Source: Chara braunii
Lineage: Eukaryota > Plantae > Charophyceae
DNA length: 63,410 nucleotides
Reading direction: 5' to 3'
NCBI GenBank assembly: GCA_003427395.1
Contig: BFEA01000025.1
Location: 4,638,265 to 4,701,674 of the forward strand
Made by a program: the position numbers and the translations under genes. The notes under the pieces were generated by a model. That model ran no database searches and had not been told where the DNA came from. It saw nothing but the letters and a program-made list of their open reading frames with translations. Below are positions 36,662 through 50,200 of this stretch, in pieces; position 1 is the stretch's first letter, and each line of letters opens with the position of its first letter.

Positions 36662-36913
36662 TGGTACACTGTTGTGTTTGGTGTGTTGGGAGCGCTGATT
36701 GTCGTGGCGCTTTCGGTGGCCACCGGTGTGCTGCTTTGGCGAAAGAACGAGATGGAGAAGTCTATGATGTTCCGGGAGATGAAACCGAACGAAGTGCAGA
36801 TGCAGCCTACCTCCGGACTGGCACCCCTGGACAATGAATCTCTCATTTCTAGGGGGCAAATAGTCAGCAACCCAGACGGATCAAGTCCTCGTGCCTCTGC
36901 TTCACATGTATGA
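36662..36913 (+). CDS. EGF-like-domain membrane protein, coding exon 3 (TM helix and cytoplasmic tail)
   Basis: Pyrimidine tract and TTGCAG| acceptor, phase 0. WYTVVFGVLGALIVVALSVATGVLLW is followed by RK, and the tail ends SASHV-stop. Confidence 0.8.
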   Translation, partial: WYTVVFGVLGALIVVALSVATGVLLWRKNEMEKSMMFREMKPNEVQMQPTSGLAPLDNESLISRGQIVSNPDGSSPRASASHV

Positions 36914-38977
36914 TGTAGGCATTTTGCCCATTTCTGGCAAGGTAGGGATAGTTTCCAGTTCATTTTCCAAGAAATGATGGGTCTGGGGGAGGCCAGGGGG
37001 GCGCCAAGGAGAGAGTGGATTGTGGTGCGGATCCAGCGAAAGATTCCGGGATCTCTCCGTTCTGTGTATGCCTCTACCTCTACCTGTTTTGCTCTGATAG
37101 GTGGAACCCTTCCCCCGGCCAAAGATTACGTCAGTCATTGTTCGACTACTGTCTCGCTTGTCGCACGGGGCGGCGGAGTGAATGCCCTTCGTGTATGCCC
37201 CAGGATGTCATTACCCTTGTTTGGTCCAGATTTGATTTTCGTTTTTCTTTCTTTTCTTTTTTTCGTTCATTTTCTTATTCATCGTTTGCTTAGTGTTTCT
37301 TTTTTGCCCTTTTTGTTTCCTTGGTTGTGCATCCTGGATATGCATGTCATCGAGAAGTTTGAAGTTTGCCAGCCAATGTGCGAGTTGCATCTGCCTTGCT
37401 GCGAGGATGGCCTCTCTGCCTTTTTCCTCTATTCGCTGTTGCTAGCGCAATGTTTTTGAGCTGCGGACGGCTGAGAATTATTAGTTATAAGTCTGTGTGG
37501 CCTTACGTTTCTCCTTTCGCTTTTCACTTTTTTCAAGTTTTTCGTCTCTAGCGATTTTACCCCTCCTCCTCATGCGTTCTCCATTCTGCCTTCCGGCAGG
37601 GTTCTTTGCCAGATGTATACGGAATTTGTCTTCTTCTGTGCAGTTCTATCCGGAAAAAATTTGCGTGCTTGGGCAGAGTGAGAAGCTAATGCTAAACGTA
37701 ACCTGTCTTCTAAGCAGTTGTTCCTGAGATGAGGCGGGTTTAACGGGTGCTTGCTTCGCAGGAAGGCTTCCTAGCAGCAGCCCCTGAGGAAGGGGAAAGG
37801 CGATGGTCACACAGCTGGTCGCTTGCACGCGCACAAAAAGGCGCAAATCATCTTCCGATGGAGTTCGGCTACACTAAGATCGAAGCAACGCGTGCTATCA
37901 TTGAGCCAAGCGATCAGCCAAGCGATCAGGCGCACAAAAAGGGCGAATCATCTTCCGATGGATCTTGAATTGTAGATTAGACGTCCAGTTGACCCTTTTA
38001 AGGTCAATTGGTCCTTGGAGTTTGGACGGTGCGGTTTGATCACAAGATGATCGGCAAACCAAATAAGTCACGAGAGCTTGTAAGTATGGAAAGGGGCGAG
38101 CAGGGGGAGGGCAGGGNGCGGGGGGGNGGAGAGAGNGGGGGGGGGGAGGTGAAATGATCTCCTGGTCATCTACTTGCCTTATCAGCCAGCACTCGTCTTG
38201 TTTTCCGTTCTCTTTTCCTTTGCTTTTCCGTCTTCTTTTTCCTTTTCTTTTGAGTTTCTTTTTTCTCCGATCTCCTTTTTTCCCCGTCTACTTTTGTGGC
38301 GAGCAATTATCTTTCTTTGATGGAGAAGGGATGTCATGTTCATATACATGGGGCTGGTCGTTGGGTCGAAACGGACACAACAGACTTGTGTGGCAGAGGG
38401 CTGCTGTAAGATTTTGGAGTTCGAAATGTTGTTAGAAGTTCAGCGCACAAGACCTACAGCCATTGGCTTTAATGTCCTGTTCTATGTCCTCAATCCGCAT
38501 TTGATGACCACAATCATTTTGGAGTTAACTGAAGTGTGCATAAATCCTGAAAGCTGAACGCATGATTGAACCGTGTGTGTATAAGGCATATGCTAGTAGT
38601 GTACCTTCACACCTCTGAATCTTTCTTTCGGTGATAACTGGATGTTCATATTGATACTGAGTAACGTAAAAGGAGGCAGGCATAGTGATGGTAAACAAAC
38701 GGTCTTTCTGCTATTCTTGATGAGCACAAAACGTAGTAGAACGGACTGGAGTAAATGCAAAATTTAAATCGTACTTCGGGTGCAACTCTCAAAACTGCAT
38801 GCATACACATGTGTAGACAGATGTGTAGATACAGCCCTTGCGGTGGTATGATGAAGGTGAGCTAGCCTATGGCTTTTCCAATTGCCCGTTTTGAGCTCTT
38901 CTGTTTTAACTTGATATCGCCAGCATTGCGTTGAGGCGAATGCGGCTTACCCGGCCGAATTTTGACTGGACAAATCA

Positions 38978-39760
38978 TTCTTCTTCTTCTTCTTTCTTCT
39001 TCTTCGTCTTCGTCTTCTTCTTCTTCTTCTTCTTCTTCTTCTTCTTCTTCTTCTTCTTCTGTCTTTTTCTTCTTCTTCTTCTTCTTCTTCTTCTTCTTCT
39101 TCTTCTTCTTCTTCTTCTTCTTCGTTTTCTTCTTCTTCTTCTTCTTCTTCTTCTTTTTCTTCTTTTTTCTTCTTCTTCTTCTTCTTCTTCTTCTTCTTCT
39201 TCTTCTTCTTCTTCTTCTTCTTCTTCTTCTTCTGTCTTTGTCTTGTTCTTTCTTTCTTCTTCTTCTTCTTCTTCTTCTTCGTCTTCGTCTTCGTCTTCTT
39301 CTTCGTCTTCTTCTTTTTCGTCTTCTTCTTCTTCGTCTTCTTCTTCTTCTTCTTCTTCTTCTTCTTCTTCTTCTTCTTCTACTGGTTTCTCCAAATCCTC
39401 CTCCTCTTCTTCTTCTGCTGCTGCGTCCTGCTTCTGCGTCTGCTTTTTCTGCTGCGTCTGCTTCTTATTCTGCTGCTTTGCTTTCTCGAAATCCTCCTCT
39501 TCTTCTTTTACTTCGTCCTCCTCCTCCTCCTCCTCCTCTTTCCTCCTCTTCTTCTTTTACTTCGTCCTCCTCCTCCTCCTCCTCTTTCCTCCTCTTCTTC
39601 TTCTTCTGCTGCCTCCTGCTTCTGTGTCTGCTTTTTCTGATGCTTCAGCTTCAGCTTCTGCTTCCACTGCTTCTTCTTCTTCTTCTTCTGTTTCCGCTGC
39701 TGCTTCTACTTCGGCGGATTTTTCTTCTTCTTCTGCTGCTGCTGCTCCTGCTCCCCCTCC
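38978..39760. repeat. Long (CTT)n microsatellite degenerating to CCT/GCT
   Basis: Directly visible. Confidence 0.95.
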
Positions 39761-40492
39761 TCTGCGACCACTGCTGCAAATGCACTCATGCAGTCTTAGC
39801 AGGGGCCACCTTTTCTCTCACGCTCCCATTTCGCAGAAAAAGCTGTTTCATGTGAACTTTGCCACACACAGTCGTGTTGCAAATACTGTAGCAATGTGAA
39901 CTTGCGAAGAGTGATCACAGCGTCTTGGTAGCTGTCGCCTCTTCTGTGATGTTTCCGGTGTCTACTGAAATGCCTCCCCACGTCTGATTGCCTGTGTGTG
40001 GCAGCAGCTCGTCAATTGAAAAGAACTTTTGCCGGAGTAGATCTCTTTCATGTGAGCCCCTGCCCGCGTGGCAAGTTTTGCGGAGGGGGCCACAGCATGT
40101 CGAATCATGCTGTAAATATCTCAGGGGCCGTTTTGCACAGCGTGAACAAAATGGGAGCATGAGAGAAAAGGTGGCGCCTAAATATCTCTGTTCGAAGAAG
40201 GAAGCCAACTACCCTGTTGTCACTGTTAAAATCTACTGGAAAGCCCGTGTCCAAAATTTACGAGAATGCCCGTGTCCATGTGTATTTTCGCTGGGGCAAA
40301 AAGTCATTTCACAGTGGCAGATAAATAGCCTTTCCTCCATTCAGGAAATGGGGCCCGAATTTGGCCATGCCTTGTTGAGAAACAAAGCCAGATTGGCACT
40401 CCAGCTCCTTCGGTGATAGACGGATGCAGACACACATTGCGAAGACGAATGTTCTTTTTTTTTTGTTTGTTTGTTTGTTTGTTTGTTTGTTT

Positions 40493-40608
40493 ATCCGTTA
40501 AAACTTAAAATTGGAACGATACAGAGAAGAAAGATTAGCATGGCCCCTGCGCTTTCAAGGATGACACGCATAAATCGAGAAATGGTCCAAATTAATTTTA
40601 AAAAAAAG
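40493..40608 (+). pseudogene. 5'-truncated U6 retrocopy with A tail
   Basis: AAAATTGGAACGATACAGAGAAG..ATTAGCATGGCCCCTGCGC..AAGGATGACACGCATAAATCGAGAAATGGTCCAAATT. Confidence 0.9.
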
Positions 40609-41417
40609 GGTTTGTGCCGTAAAACGCCCTCTTATTCTACACCTCTCAAGTCACATTTAACAGAGTCGAACTAGAGTCAAGCTTAACAAAGTCTGTTCTG
40701 TAGGTCGTAGACTTTCTGTGTCTACATGTTTCTGGTCTTATTTTGCAGTGGGTTCAATATTTTTTTATTTTCATCATGTCCAGTATGCCATAAAGGGCTT
40801 GTTCTTTTAAACCAGCCTTTTATAAGGTTCACTGAACTCTTAATGGCACCCCCAGCTGCATACTTCTGGGATCACTGCGATCCAGACACCACACCAACTG
40901 CGGCGAAGCATTCATCATTCCCATCCCCACCCCAGGGTGGGTGGGGTGGGGTTTCTCCACATTCTTTTCTTGGCCAGGCAGCGAAGCTGACGAGCGGAAA
41001 AAGGGATCTGAACCCTTAACCTTAGCCTTGAGCAAGGCTATATTCTGCCATTAAGCTATCTTTGCCATCATTCCACTTTGTGTGGTGGGGGACCACCATT
41101 CAACTGGTAGGAGTGATGGCTGGTGTGTACAAAGGGCAGGGACGGAACTCCCACGCTTACGACAGTCTTCCCCCGAATACAACGTATGGTCATCATAGCT
41201 GAATTTGGTGTATTTTTCAGTCTAAATTCGGTCTATAATGACCGCACGTTGTATTCGGGGGAAGGCTGTAGGTTTTACCACTTAGCCATGTTCTTATTTT
41301 GATTTCGCCTTTCACTACGAAGCTACCACTACTCCTAAGCAGCCTATACAGGGGAGCCTGCAAGCATAGCTGCCTCTCACAATCACGTGAATGCATGCTG
41401 CTCTCTCTGCCCGGACG

Positions 41418-41773
41418 GTGGTCGTTAGGGAGTGGGGTGGGGCCATTGGTGCGGGCCCAGCCAACCCAACGACCGAGCATTTTGGCAGTAGCTTTGCCTC
41501 CCTTTTCTTCTTCAGGGTTAGCCTGATTAGTGGTCCATCATCGGAATATGGCAGCAGGTCAATTGCCTCCCAAGTAGCACCCCCCGAATTGCTATGTGGT
41601 CGTTAGGGAGTAGGGTGGGGCCATTGGTGCGGGCCCAGCCAACCCAACGACCGAGCATTTTGCCAGTAGCTTTGCCTCCCTTTTCTTCGTCAGGGTTAGC
41701 CTGATTAGTGGTCCACCATCAGAATATGGCAGCATGTCAATTCCCTCCCAAGTAGCACCCCCCAAATTGCGAT
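41418..41773. repeat. Tandem duplication, 178-bp period
   Basis: Units start at 41418 and 41596. Confidence 0.9.
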
Positions 41774-42203
41774 GCCATCAATTTCAGGCGCGCAATCCGT
41801 TCAGACCTCCTGCCGATGCTTGGTGAGGTGCGTAGTCCCTTCTGCCTGAGCAGTTGGGACTAACGTCTGAGATGTTTATCAGCTCTTGTTTGACTACCGT
41901 CTTCATCCGAATCTGGTGCAACTTTGAGTCCAGATTCAACCATAACGACCATGGGTTCTCATTTGTGTGAAGGCAGTAGAGAGACATGGCTGAGAACTAC
42001 CAATGGGATCATCGGGGCAGAAGTTTGTGGGCCACCAACTGACCTAGCTCAGTTGGTATGTACACTCATGAGCTGCTGAATTTTTACAGAGATCAGTTCA
42101 GTGAAACAACTCTGAAATTTGAATTGACCTGGAGCCAGTCGGTGTGTAGATGATATATATTATATGTGTATATATATATTATATATATATTATATATATA
42201 TAT

Positions 42204-42302
42204 ATGAGTTGGTGAAACTCCGACGAAACAGTTTGTCACAGCCCCTCGTTTGTTGTCCTCTTCTCCCTCTCTGCCTACGGTTACCGGGCAGTTCTATTTG
42301 AC
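42204..42302 (+). mobile_element. 5'-truncated copy of the hammerhead-bearing repeat inside (AT)n
   Basis: ATGAGTTGGTGAAACTCCGACGAAACAGTTTGTCACAGCCCCTCG... matches 62959-63060, with (AT)n on both sides. Confidence 0.9.
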
Positions 42303-43053
42303 NATATATATATATATATATGTATATGTATGTATATATATATATTAAAGGCCGAAATAGTTTGTTGGTCGTGAGCTGGTGGTCAAGTCCGGCAGGTTGC
42401 ATGAACGGGAATGAGATGTCGGAATGCAATGAGGGGAACTCGTCGCCCTCTATTTTTTTTATTTTTTTATTTTTTATTATTATTTTTCCTATTGGTGGGG
42501 AGCTGCACCTGCTGGAAATCGGGCCCAGCGTCCCTGTACAATGATGTAATGTGTATCGGCTGGAAATCGGGTCCATGCAGTGATGTGTGAATATGTCCTA
42601 CTGTGCATCCAATCCTCCCCCTCTAATGGGAGGTGTGTTCTGGTATGTTGTGCTGCTATCCCTTCTGTTCGCAAGACCGTTGCTGCCTCTGCCCTTTATT
42701 TAGCTCATTCTTTGGTAAACTGTCTGACACTGAAGCTGAAGTATCTCTGTCCCTTTCAAGTTATAGACCCGAACTCCTCAGCAATCACCAGATACCAACA
42801 AGGGCAAGGTGCATGGGGGTTCTTTGGGCCCCTGAGTACTCATTTGCTGTTTTAGGGAGGCTGTCAACTTATCACAGGTGAGGATAAGTTTCCCCCCCTC
42901 ATACTACTACTATTTGTGGTGCCAGCATCCGACGTACGGATGGGTTTGGCGACCTACTACAAAAAATGTCTGGCACTCCAGATGGACATGAGGATCTTGT
43001 TTTTGGGGAAGTAAATGAAAAAAAAGAAAATGTTAGTAACAAGAAACAACACA

Positions 43054-43123
<70 letters not shown>

Positions 43124-43976
43124 AAACAACACACTACTAATAGCCATCCCAAAGTAAATAAGTAGACTCGTCCAAGCTGGAGGCCCATGCACATAGAGCA
43201 TAGTAGCATACTATAGTTTTCACCTCTTTGAAAATCAGATGTGGCACAGCTTTTGTGAACTGATGAGATCCACACTATACCTTAGTTTCATTCCCTCAAA
43301 TGGTGAGCCTTTACATATTTTTCCCACACAAAGCACCATAGATAGCAACAGCTTAGGGTGTACAGTCAATAAACCCTTATAATAGGATTATCACACGGGT
43401 CTTTAGCAGCCAACATAATTCTGACATATTTTGCCCAGCCTAATCTTGCACCCCTTATTGTGGATCGTATGATTGCTTCCTAGCTGTTATGAGGTCGTGA
43501 GATTCGCACATCCCTTCCCATTCAAGGCAGGCATTCTGGGCAGTTGCTTGGACCCCATTTTGCCCAGTGCTTTGTTCACCGGTCGTATGGTCAATGGATG
43601 GTAAGATTAGGCTAGGGAACATATATAGGTGGTGGTTTCTTTTTCCTTTTCTAGATGTAGAAGGTAGGTTGGTGGTTGCTAAAGAGACGTAATTCTATAT
43701 TAGGGGCTATTGAGGGATAGTGTTCCTTTAGTTGTCGCTTGCTGTGGTGCTTTCTTATAGGCTCGTAAAGCAACACCTATGTTGTCGTGATCAAGATAAA
43801 ACATGAAAGTAAGGTAGTGGATGACTAGGCCACTTGCATCACCAGTGGACTGATGGGTGTGTGAATTTTCCATTGGGTCGGCTTGTATATGGCTCTTTGT
43901 AGATAGAAGAGGTCCTGTGGAATTTTTCTTTAATGTATTATTACAATTCACTTCGTCCGGTAAGATAGCATCTTAA

Positions 43977-44162
43977 ACCACCAGTACTTGGCCCAACTAG
44001 CGATGCCGAGCCGGCCGACCCCCTGCGCGCGCTGGGGTGACGTTTCGACTTTGTGTTTGGGCTGGCACTTCCAGCCATTGAGGTCTGGTACCCGAAGCCC
44101 GGAAGTTGGGGGCCGTTAACGGCAATTGCCTGCGGCCGATGTATGGGCCAAGTACTGGTGGT
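43977..44162. mobile_element. TTAA-flanked MITE with 19-bp perfect TIR
   Basis: TTAA|ACCACCAGTACTTGGCCCA...TGGGCCAAGTACTGGTGGT|TTAA. Confidence 0.88.
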
Positions 44163-44421
44163 TTAAGGGGAAGGGATGGAAGATGTGATGCTCAAGTCTG
44201 TGACCTAAGGCATCTTAAACACTCCTTAGGGCGTCCGCTGGCTCCGAGGGCAAATCCTTGGGGAAATTTTGGAATTTTGGTGGTGTTGTTCCACCTATCC
44301 TCGGAGCATTGGCCTTGGGACTAGTCCCAAGAAGGTTGTCAGGAACACAAAAAAAAGAACAAGAAAAAAAACATTTGTTCGTCAGGCTTTCAGCCAATAA
44401 GGTGCCACCACTGTCCCACCG

Positions 44422-44452
<31 letters not shown>

Positions 44453-45975
44453 NNNNNNNNNNNNNAAAAAAAAAAAAAAAAAAAAGATGCCACCACGATC
44501 TGGATTATCAGTTGTAATGTACCACTACGTGCATGCCCTCTCCTCTCTGTGAAACATGGATCCGCAGGCTCCAAGTGTAACCTCGGGAGGTTCCTTGGAG
44601 CCGAGGATGATTTGGCTGGGAAATCCATGGAGCCCAAGGGCTTGTCCTTGGACTGTTTTCACACTTCGATCTCGAATTTCATCTTCGAGGACAGGTGTAC
44701 GGACGAGGACAAAATCCTTGGAATTGCGTCCTCGAGGAGTGTCTAACGACGCCTCTAGTTGCTTTATGGAAGGGTTGTCTTCGGTCTCTGGAGTTAAGTA
44801 TCACCCCTTAAGTTTTGATTTATGCTAATGGTCAAGTTTTGTTCCTTCAATTTCCCGTCCTTGGATTTTGCGTCGTTCCTCGTTTTCTTCGTTTTCTCTT
44901 CCTCGCTGTCTTTATGTTATGTATTTTATTTTTCTTTTTAAAATTTCTTCAACAGAATTATGTTAGTTTTTGAAGTTGCTTTCTTATATGTTCTTATTCT
45001 CTTTCGAAAAGGTCAGATAGGTGGTCTTTGCCAGTTCAATTGGCTAGCGATGTCAATGTGCAGGTGCAGTTTGGAAAAAGGAAGGAGTGCTAAACTGGAC
45101 AATTGTGAGTTGGGGAAGGGCAATCGAGATGACGATTAGCCAGGGTAGAACAGTAATGAAAAGAAACGTTACCTTAAGTGATTCCATATAGCCCAATCGT
45201 CTTCCTGATATGCAACGCGTGCCCTTTATGGCTGTAACGAACTGGAAAGTTAGCTTGTATACGTTCATTCATTATTAGGGTGTGTTATGCTTGTGAGAAG
45301 AGTAAAAGGGTTCAACATCGATGGGTGGCTGATGAGCTTAAGAAAGTAATTCTTCTTGCACTTGTGCGGTTTCATGTAGTCGAATATTGCAAAGATGCAA
45401 TCATGCATACGTCAGGCATCGAGGATGGTGTTGCATTGGGTAGCTATGACTGTAGCTATAAGTTTGCTAGGGAATGGAAGGGGACTGCCTAAGGATTGTC
45501 CCATTTTTTGGGGCCTCCAATTCTGATAAAGAGTTTGAGCTGCCAATTAGTACAGTACCTACCACATTTTTAGTCGTTAACGCAGTGGATGAATCTGTGC
45601 GCCACGGAGATCTATATTCATTAGCGTTAGAGGGGGCTAAGACCCCCTGAGGTACTGGTGGTTTAAATTGATAAAGGGAGGTTTCAAGCCGATGAGGAAA
45701 TTGGAACAGGGTTGTTTAGTGGGCAATGGCAAAATGAATCATAGCATTTTGGCAAATTTCATGCCTTCACCCTTTTCTTTGCGCAACAAGTGTACAAATC
45801 CTAATCCATGCTTCAATTATGGTAGTTGGCCGCGTGGAGGTCTTACTAGGGGGAGGCCCCTAAGGTTTTGTCTTGTACCTGTTTGGCAGAACTCAAAATC
45901 ATGTGATCATTTCCTATCGTCGGACCAAAGGGTCGGTGTGGCCGACCCGCCGAGATGGTGTTCCGGCAGGATTAA

Positions 45976-46174
45976 ACCACCAGTACCTGGCCCAGCTATC
46001 GGCCGCGGCGATTCCCGTATACGCGCCGCGCCATTTGGGCTTCGGCTTGCCGGACCGCATTGGCTGGAGGCCGCAGGCAAAACGAAAAAGAAAATTGCGA
46101 TGGTGGTTTGGCAGGACTTGGCGCGCGACGTGCTGGGAGGCTCGGATTCAATAGCTGAGCGAGGTACTAGTGGT
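45976..46174. mobile_element. Second TTAA-flanked MITE with the same termini and a different interior
   Basis: TTAA|ACCACCAGTACCTGGCCCAGCTAT...ATAGCTGAGCGAGGTACTAGTGGT|TTAA. An orphan right end lies at 45649-45666. Confidence 0.82.
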
Positions 46175-47245
46175 TTAAGATGTTGGGGGTTGAGGAAGGA
46201 GGAGATGGAGATGGAGCTAGAAGGGACAGCGCATCCGAGGCGGACTCGTGATGCACGTACTCCAAATGTGCAGAATGAAGAACGACGCACACAGGCAGCC
46301 GTTGGGGTAAACACGCTATTCACGAAAGCAGCGAAACTCTACAATAAAGAAAGGCTAAAAATTTAGGATGTAGAGCAAACTCCATTGGAGTCCATGCTAT
46401 GCAGCCTAAGCTATATAATGCCAAATGAAAAAAAATGTCTGGTATACACATCCTAACTAACTGCAGAAAATGACATGTAGCAACATATGTCACAATCCTA
46501 AAGTCCTGGCGGCAATAGCCTCAGTGCTGAAAGAAAAAGAGAGCATCAATATGTCACAAGTAATGTCGTGTCGTAGGATGGTCTCAGAGGGGGTGGATGC
46601 AACCTAAGAATCGAAACTCCTAAGGGCAGTCGCACATGAGGTGCGGTGGGTCATCAGGTTCAGGGTGAGGGAGTGGTAGCGATGCAAAACTAATGACTCT
46701 AACAGATAGACCATACGGGCGGGTGATGCTCGACGGATGGGTGACACAATGCAGGATTGGCCATTAAAGAGGAGCTTGGAATAGGGAGGACATATGCTTA
46801 ATTGAAGGCATGCAATGGCGAACACCAGGGTGACTAAGGGTGCAGTGGGTGAGGGAAACATGAACATAACTCACCAACTAGCGGAGGGAGCTAGATATGG
46901 GAGTAGGGAAGCCAAGATAACGCTACGGTACCAATGCCTGTGCGATATCGAGGGAGAACCCAACTCAGAGAGACCAAGCTAAGTGAGAACCATCATGTGA
47001 CACATGCAAGGGAATGTACAGGGTAGGGGTATTGGTTGTGAAGGAGTCACGTCCAAAGTATCTGAAGCCAATAAGGTAACTGAAGTCGAGAAGGTAGTTG
47101 AAGTCGTCGAAGTGGTCCATGACGTCGATGAAGTAGGAGTCGAGTCGATGTGAAAGCAGAACCGCAAAACACTGACATCATGAAGAAGTTGATGATGAAG
47201 TACCTGAAGGTGTGAGTCAGTAGGGAGAAGTAGGTGATCAGAGTG

Positions 47246-50200
47246 TCAGTCGTTGAGACATTGAGCGCGTCGACGAGTGCGTTGTGGACGTTTGGAGACG
47301 TCCGTCTGCTGTTGAAGAACGGTATCAGAAGGAGCGGAATCGTCCCCAGCAATTTCGTCAGTCGGAGGCGGGGGAAGAGGGTCAGTCGATTGAGTAGGAG
47401 CGGATGTCTCAGCACGACGAGCACAATTATATGCACACACCAACATCCGCGCGTGCTTCAAGTGCTCGAGGGGTTCCCAAGTAGCCTCCTCATCAGGATA
47501 ACCCTTCCAACGCACAAGGTACTCGATGCGTGGAGAGGTATCGACGATAACTCGGCGAGATACGATGTCGAACTCCTCGTGACCGTCTACCATGATAGGT
47601 GAAGGACGCTCATAAGGACGTCCGGTGAAGCGCACAGACGGTTTGTGATTCAAGGAAACGTGGTAAACGTTGTGTACGCGAGCTTGTCGAAGGTAATCAG
47701 GTAGCTTCACATGAAAGTTGATCAGATTAGCGACATTATCAGAACCGACGGCCTGAAGGATGCGGCATGGATCGAAGAAGCGACGTTAGAACTTGCGAAG
47801 CGTATCCGCTTCAAGTTGCAAGTGGCGTGCGTCGACGAGCACATCGTCATCGATTTTAAATGGATGATCCATTCGTGCTCAGTTCGTACGTGCGGCCATG
47901 CGAGTCTAGGAGTCGGCTAGACTCTCGTGCGCATGCTTCATAATCGTTGTCATGTGGACGATCCAGTCGTGAAGCGCAGGACAAGGAGTGTTTGGGCAAA
48001 ATCGCGGTGGTCGTAGGAAGTCAGTGGGTACAAGAGGGAGGTACCCGAGGTCCAATAGAATGACAACATCCTCATGGCTGGCGAAACGACGTGGTTGTAC
48101 GCAACCTCCTTGTGGGCTAAGTGTAAGTCTCACTGCTGGTCACCTCTTATAAACTTCGGAGGATATTATGGCGAGTTTTATTGGTGATCTCATTCTGGCC
48201 CTCCATCTGAGGGTGGTAAGACGATGAGAAACGGAGTTGGGTTGGTAAGGCGCGGGTCACGGTCGGGGATGATGCTCTGAGGTAATCCGTGATCTCTCAC
48301 GACTCGGTCGAAGACGATGTCGATGTCCTCACGAACGTTAATTGATAGTGGCACGGAAAAAAACACGCACGCTTCATGAAGCGATCGACGACGACCAAGA
48401 TAGCATCATGACCTCGCTGAGTGGGTGGAAAAAGGAAACCAACGAAATCCATCGAGATGGACTGCCAACGACTCTTAAGTATGGGTAGGGGCTGAAGTAA
48501 TCAATACGGAAGGTGGTTTGGACTGTTCACCTCCTGGCAAGTACGACACTCTTGGATGTAGGCTTTGATGAAGTTCGGCCAGACGTATAGACAACAAACA
48601 CGAGCCAACGTCATATGGAAGCCGATATGACCGACAACTGTTTGGTCATGGAACTCTGCTACGGCCTGCACGCGGAACGGTTCGGTGGAAGGAACGCAGA
48701 TACGTGGTTTTAGTTGACCAGATTTGTCATGCCAGTACACAAAACCGTTCTCACTCTGGGAGTATGAAGGAATGGTTTTGCCACTCCGAAGTGTCCAGTG
48801 GGTGACGCGATAATCCGAGCAGTGGTGGTACTGAGTGCGATATGCGTTGATCATCGACTGATCAACAGTGATGATGGAGATAGTAACAAGCTGAATGGGT
48901 TCCTGATTGTGACCAAGACGGCGGGACAAGGCATTTGCGACGCGGTTCGTTTCACCCTTGATGACTGAGTGGTGAAACAAAACTCGGATAAATCACGCCA
49001 CCAGCGTGTCTGTCGAGGGGAAAGTTTGGGCTTCAAAAGGAAAGTTTGGACAACTGAGTTGTTTGTGCGCACCGTGAAGGGTGCCCCGTGCAAATAATGA
49101 CGCCAATGCTGAGTAGTGTAAACTACTGCAAGAACTTCACATTCCTCAGCAGTGTAGTTTATCTCGGCACGCAGTATGTGACGGAAGTAGAAAGCAATCG
49201 GACAATCCTCAGCACGAGCCTCGACAGTCCCATCATCCGCAATGGTCGGGGAGTAAGTAACGGGAGGACTGTCAGTGGAGGAAAGTGGTGGGAGGATATG
49301 CGTCAGTCGAGAAGCAGTGTAAGAAAGGGGGGGGGGGAGAGAGAGGAGGAACACGGGGATAAGATCAATTAGGAGGAGAGGGAAACTCCTGAGAAAGTAC
49401 AACTCCTACTGCAAAATATGACACATCAGTGGTGACGATGACGGTAAAAATCGGAAAGGCAAAGAACCGACGCACAAGTAACCGCATTCTTGAGGGCGCG
49501 AAAGGTGTCCTTGCAGAGGGGTGTCCAAAACCACAGTGGGTTCTTTCGGAGGAGGGTGAAGGTGAGGACGTAGTAATATCTAGCGTATCCCTGAATGAAA
49601 TTAATATAGTAACTAGTGAGGCCTAGGAAGCTGCGAAGCTGCTTGGCGGATGTGGGACGGATCACTGATCACTATAGTAATTACTGAGGTCTAGGAAACT
49701 GCGAAGCTGCTTGGGGGATGTGGGATGGATCATTGATCACTATAGTAACTAGTGAGACCTAGGAAGTTGCGAAGCTGCTTGGCGAATGTGGGGATGGGTC
49801 ACTCCGCAATAACAGTGATCTTCGCGCCGTCCATGTGGAGACCTTGGTCAGACACATTGTGTCCTAGGAAGTCCACTTTGCGCTGGGCAAAGCGGCACTT
49901 ACTGAGTTTGGCATAAAAGTCATGCTTGTGTAAGCACTGTAGGACATCGCAGAGGTGTCTGAGATGGTCTTCTAAGATATGACTGTAGATCAGGATATCG
50001 TTCAGGTATACGAAAACGTATTTTTCAAAGATGTCTTTGAAAATATCGTTCATCGTCGTCTAAAAGGTGGCGGGTGCATTGCTGAGGCCGAATGGCATCA
50101 CCATGAACTTGTAGTGACCGAAGCGCGACTAAAAGGCCATCTTCGGCTGGTCCTCTGTGGCAGCGCGGATCTGGTGGTAACCGCTACGAAGATCGATCTT

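Noticed and set aside
38931-39899. Long ORFs of 322 and 297 aa
   Set aside because: They are translations of a (CTT)n microsatellite (poly-S/F/L) with no gene structure.
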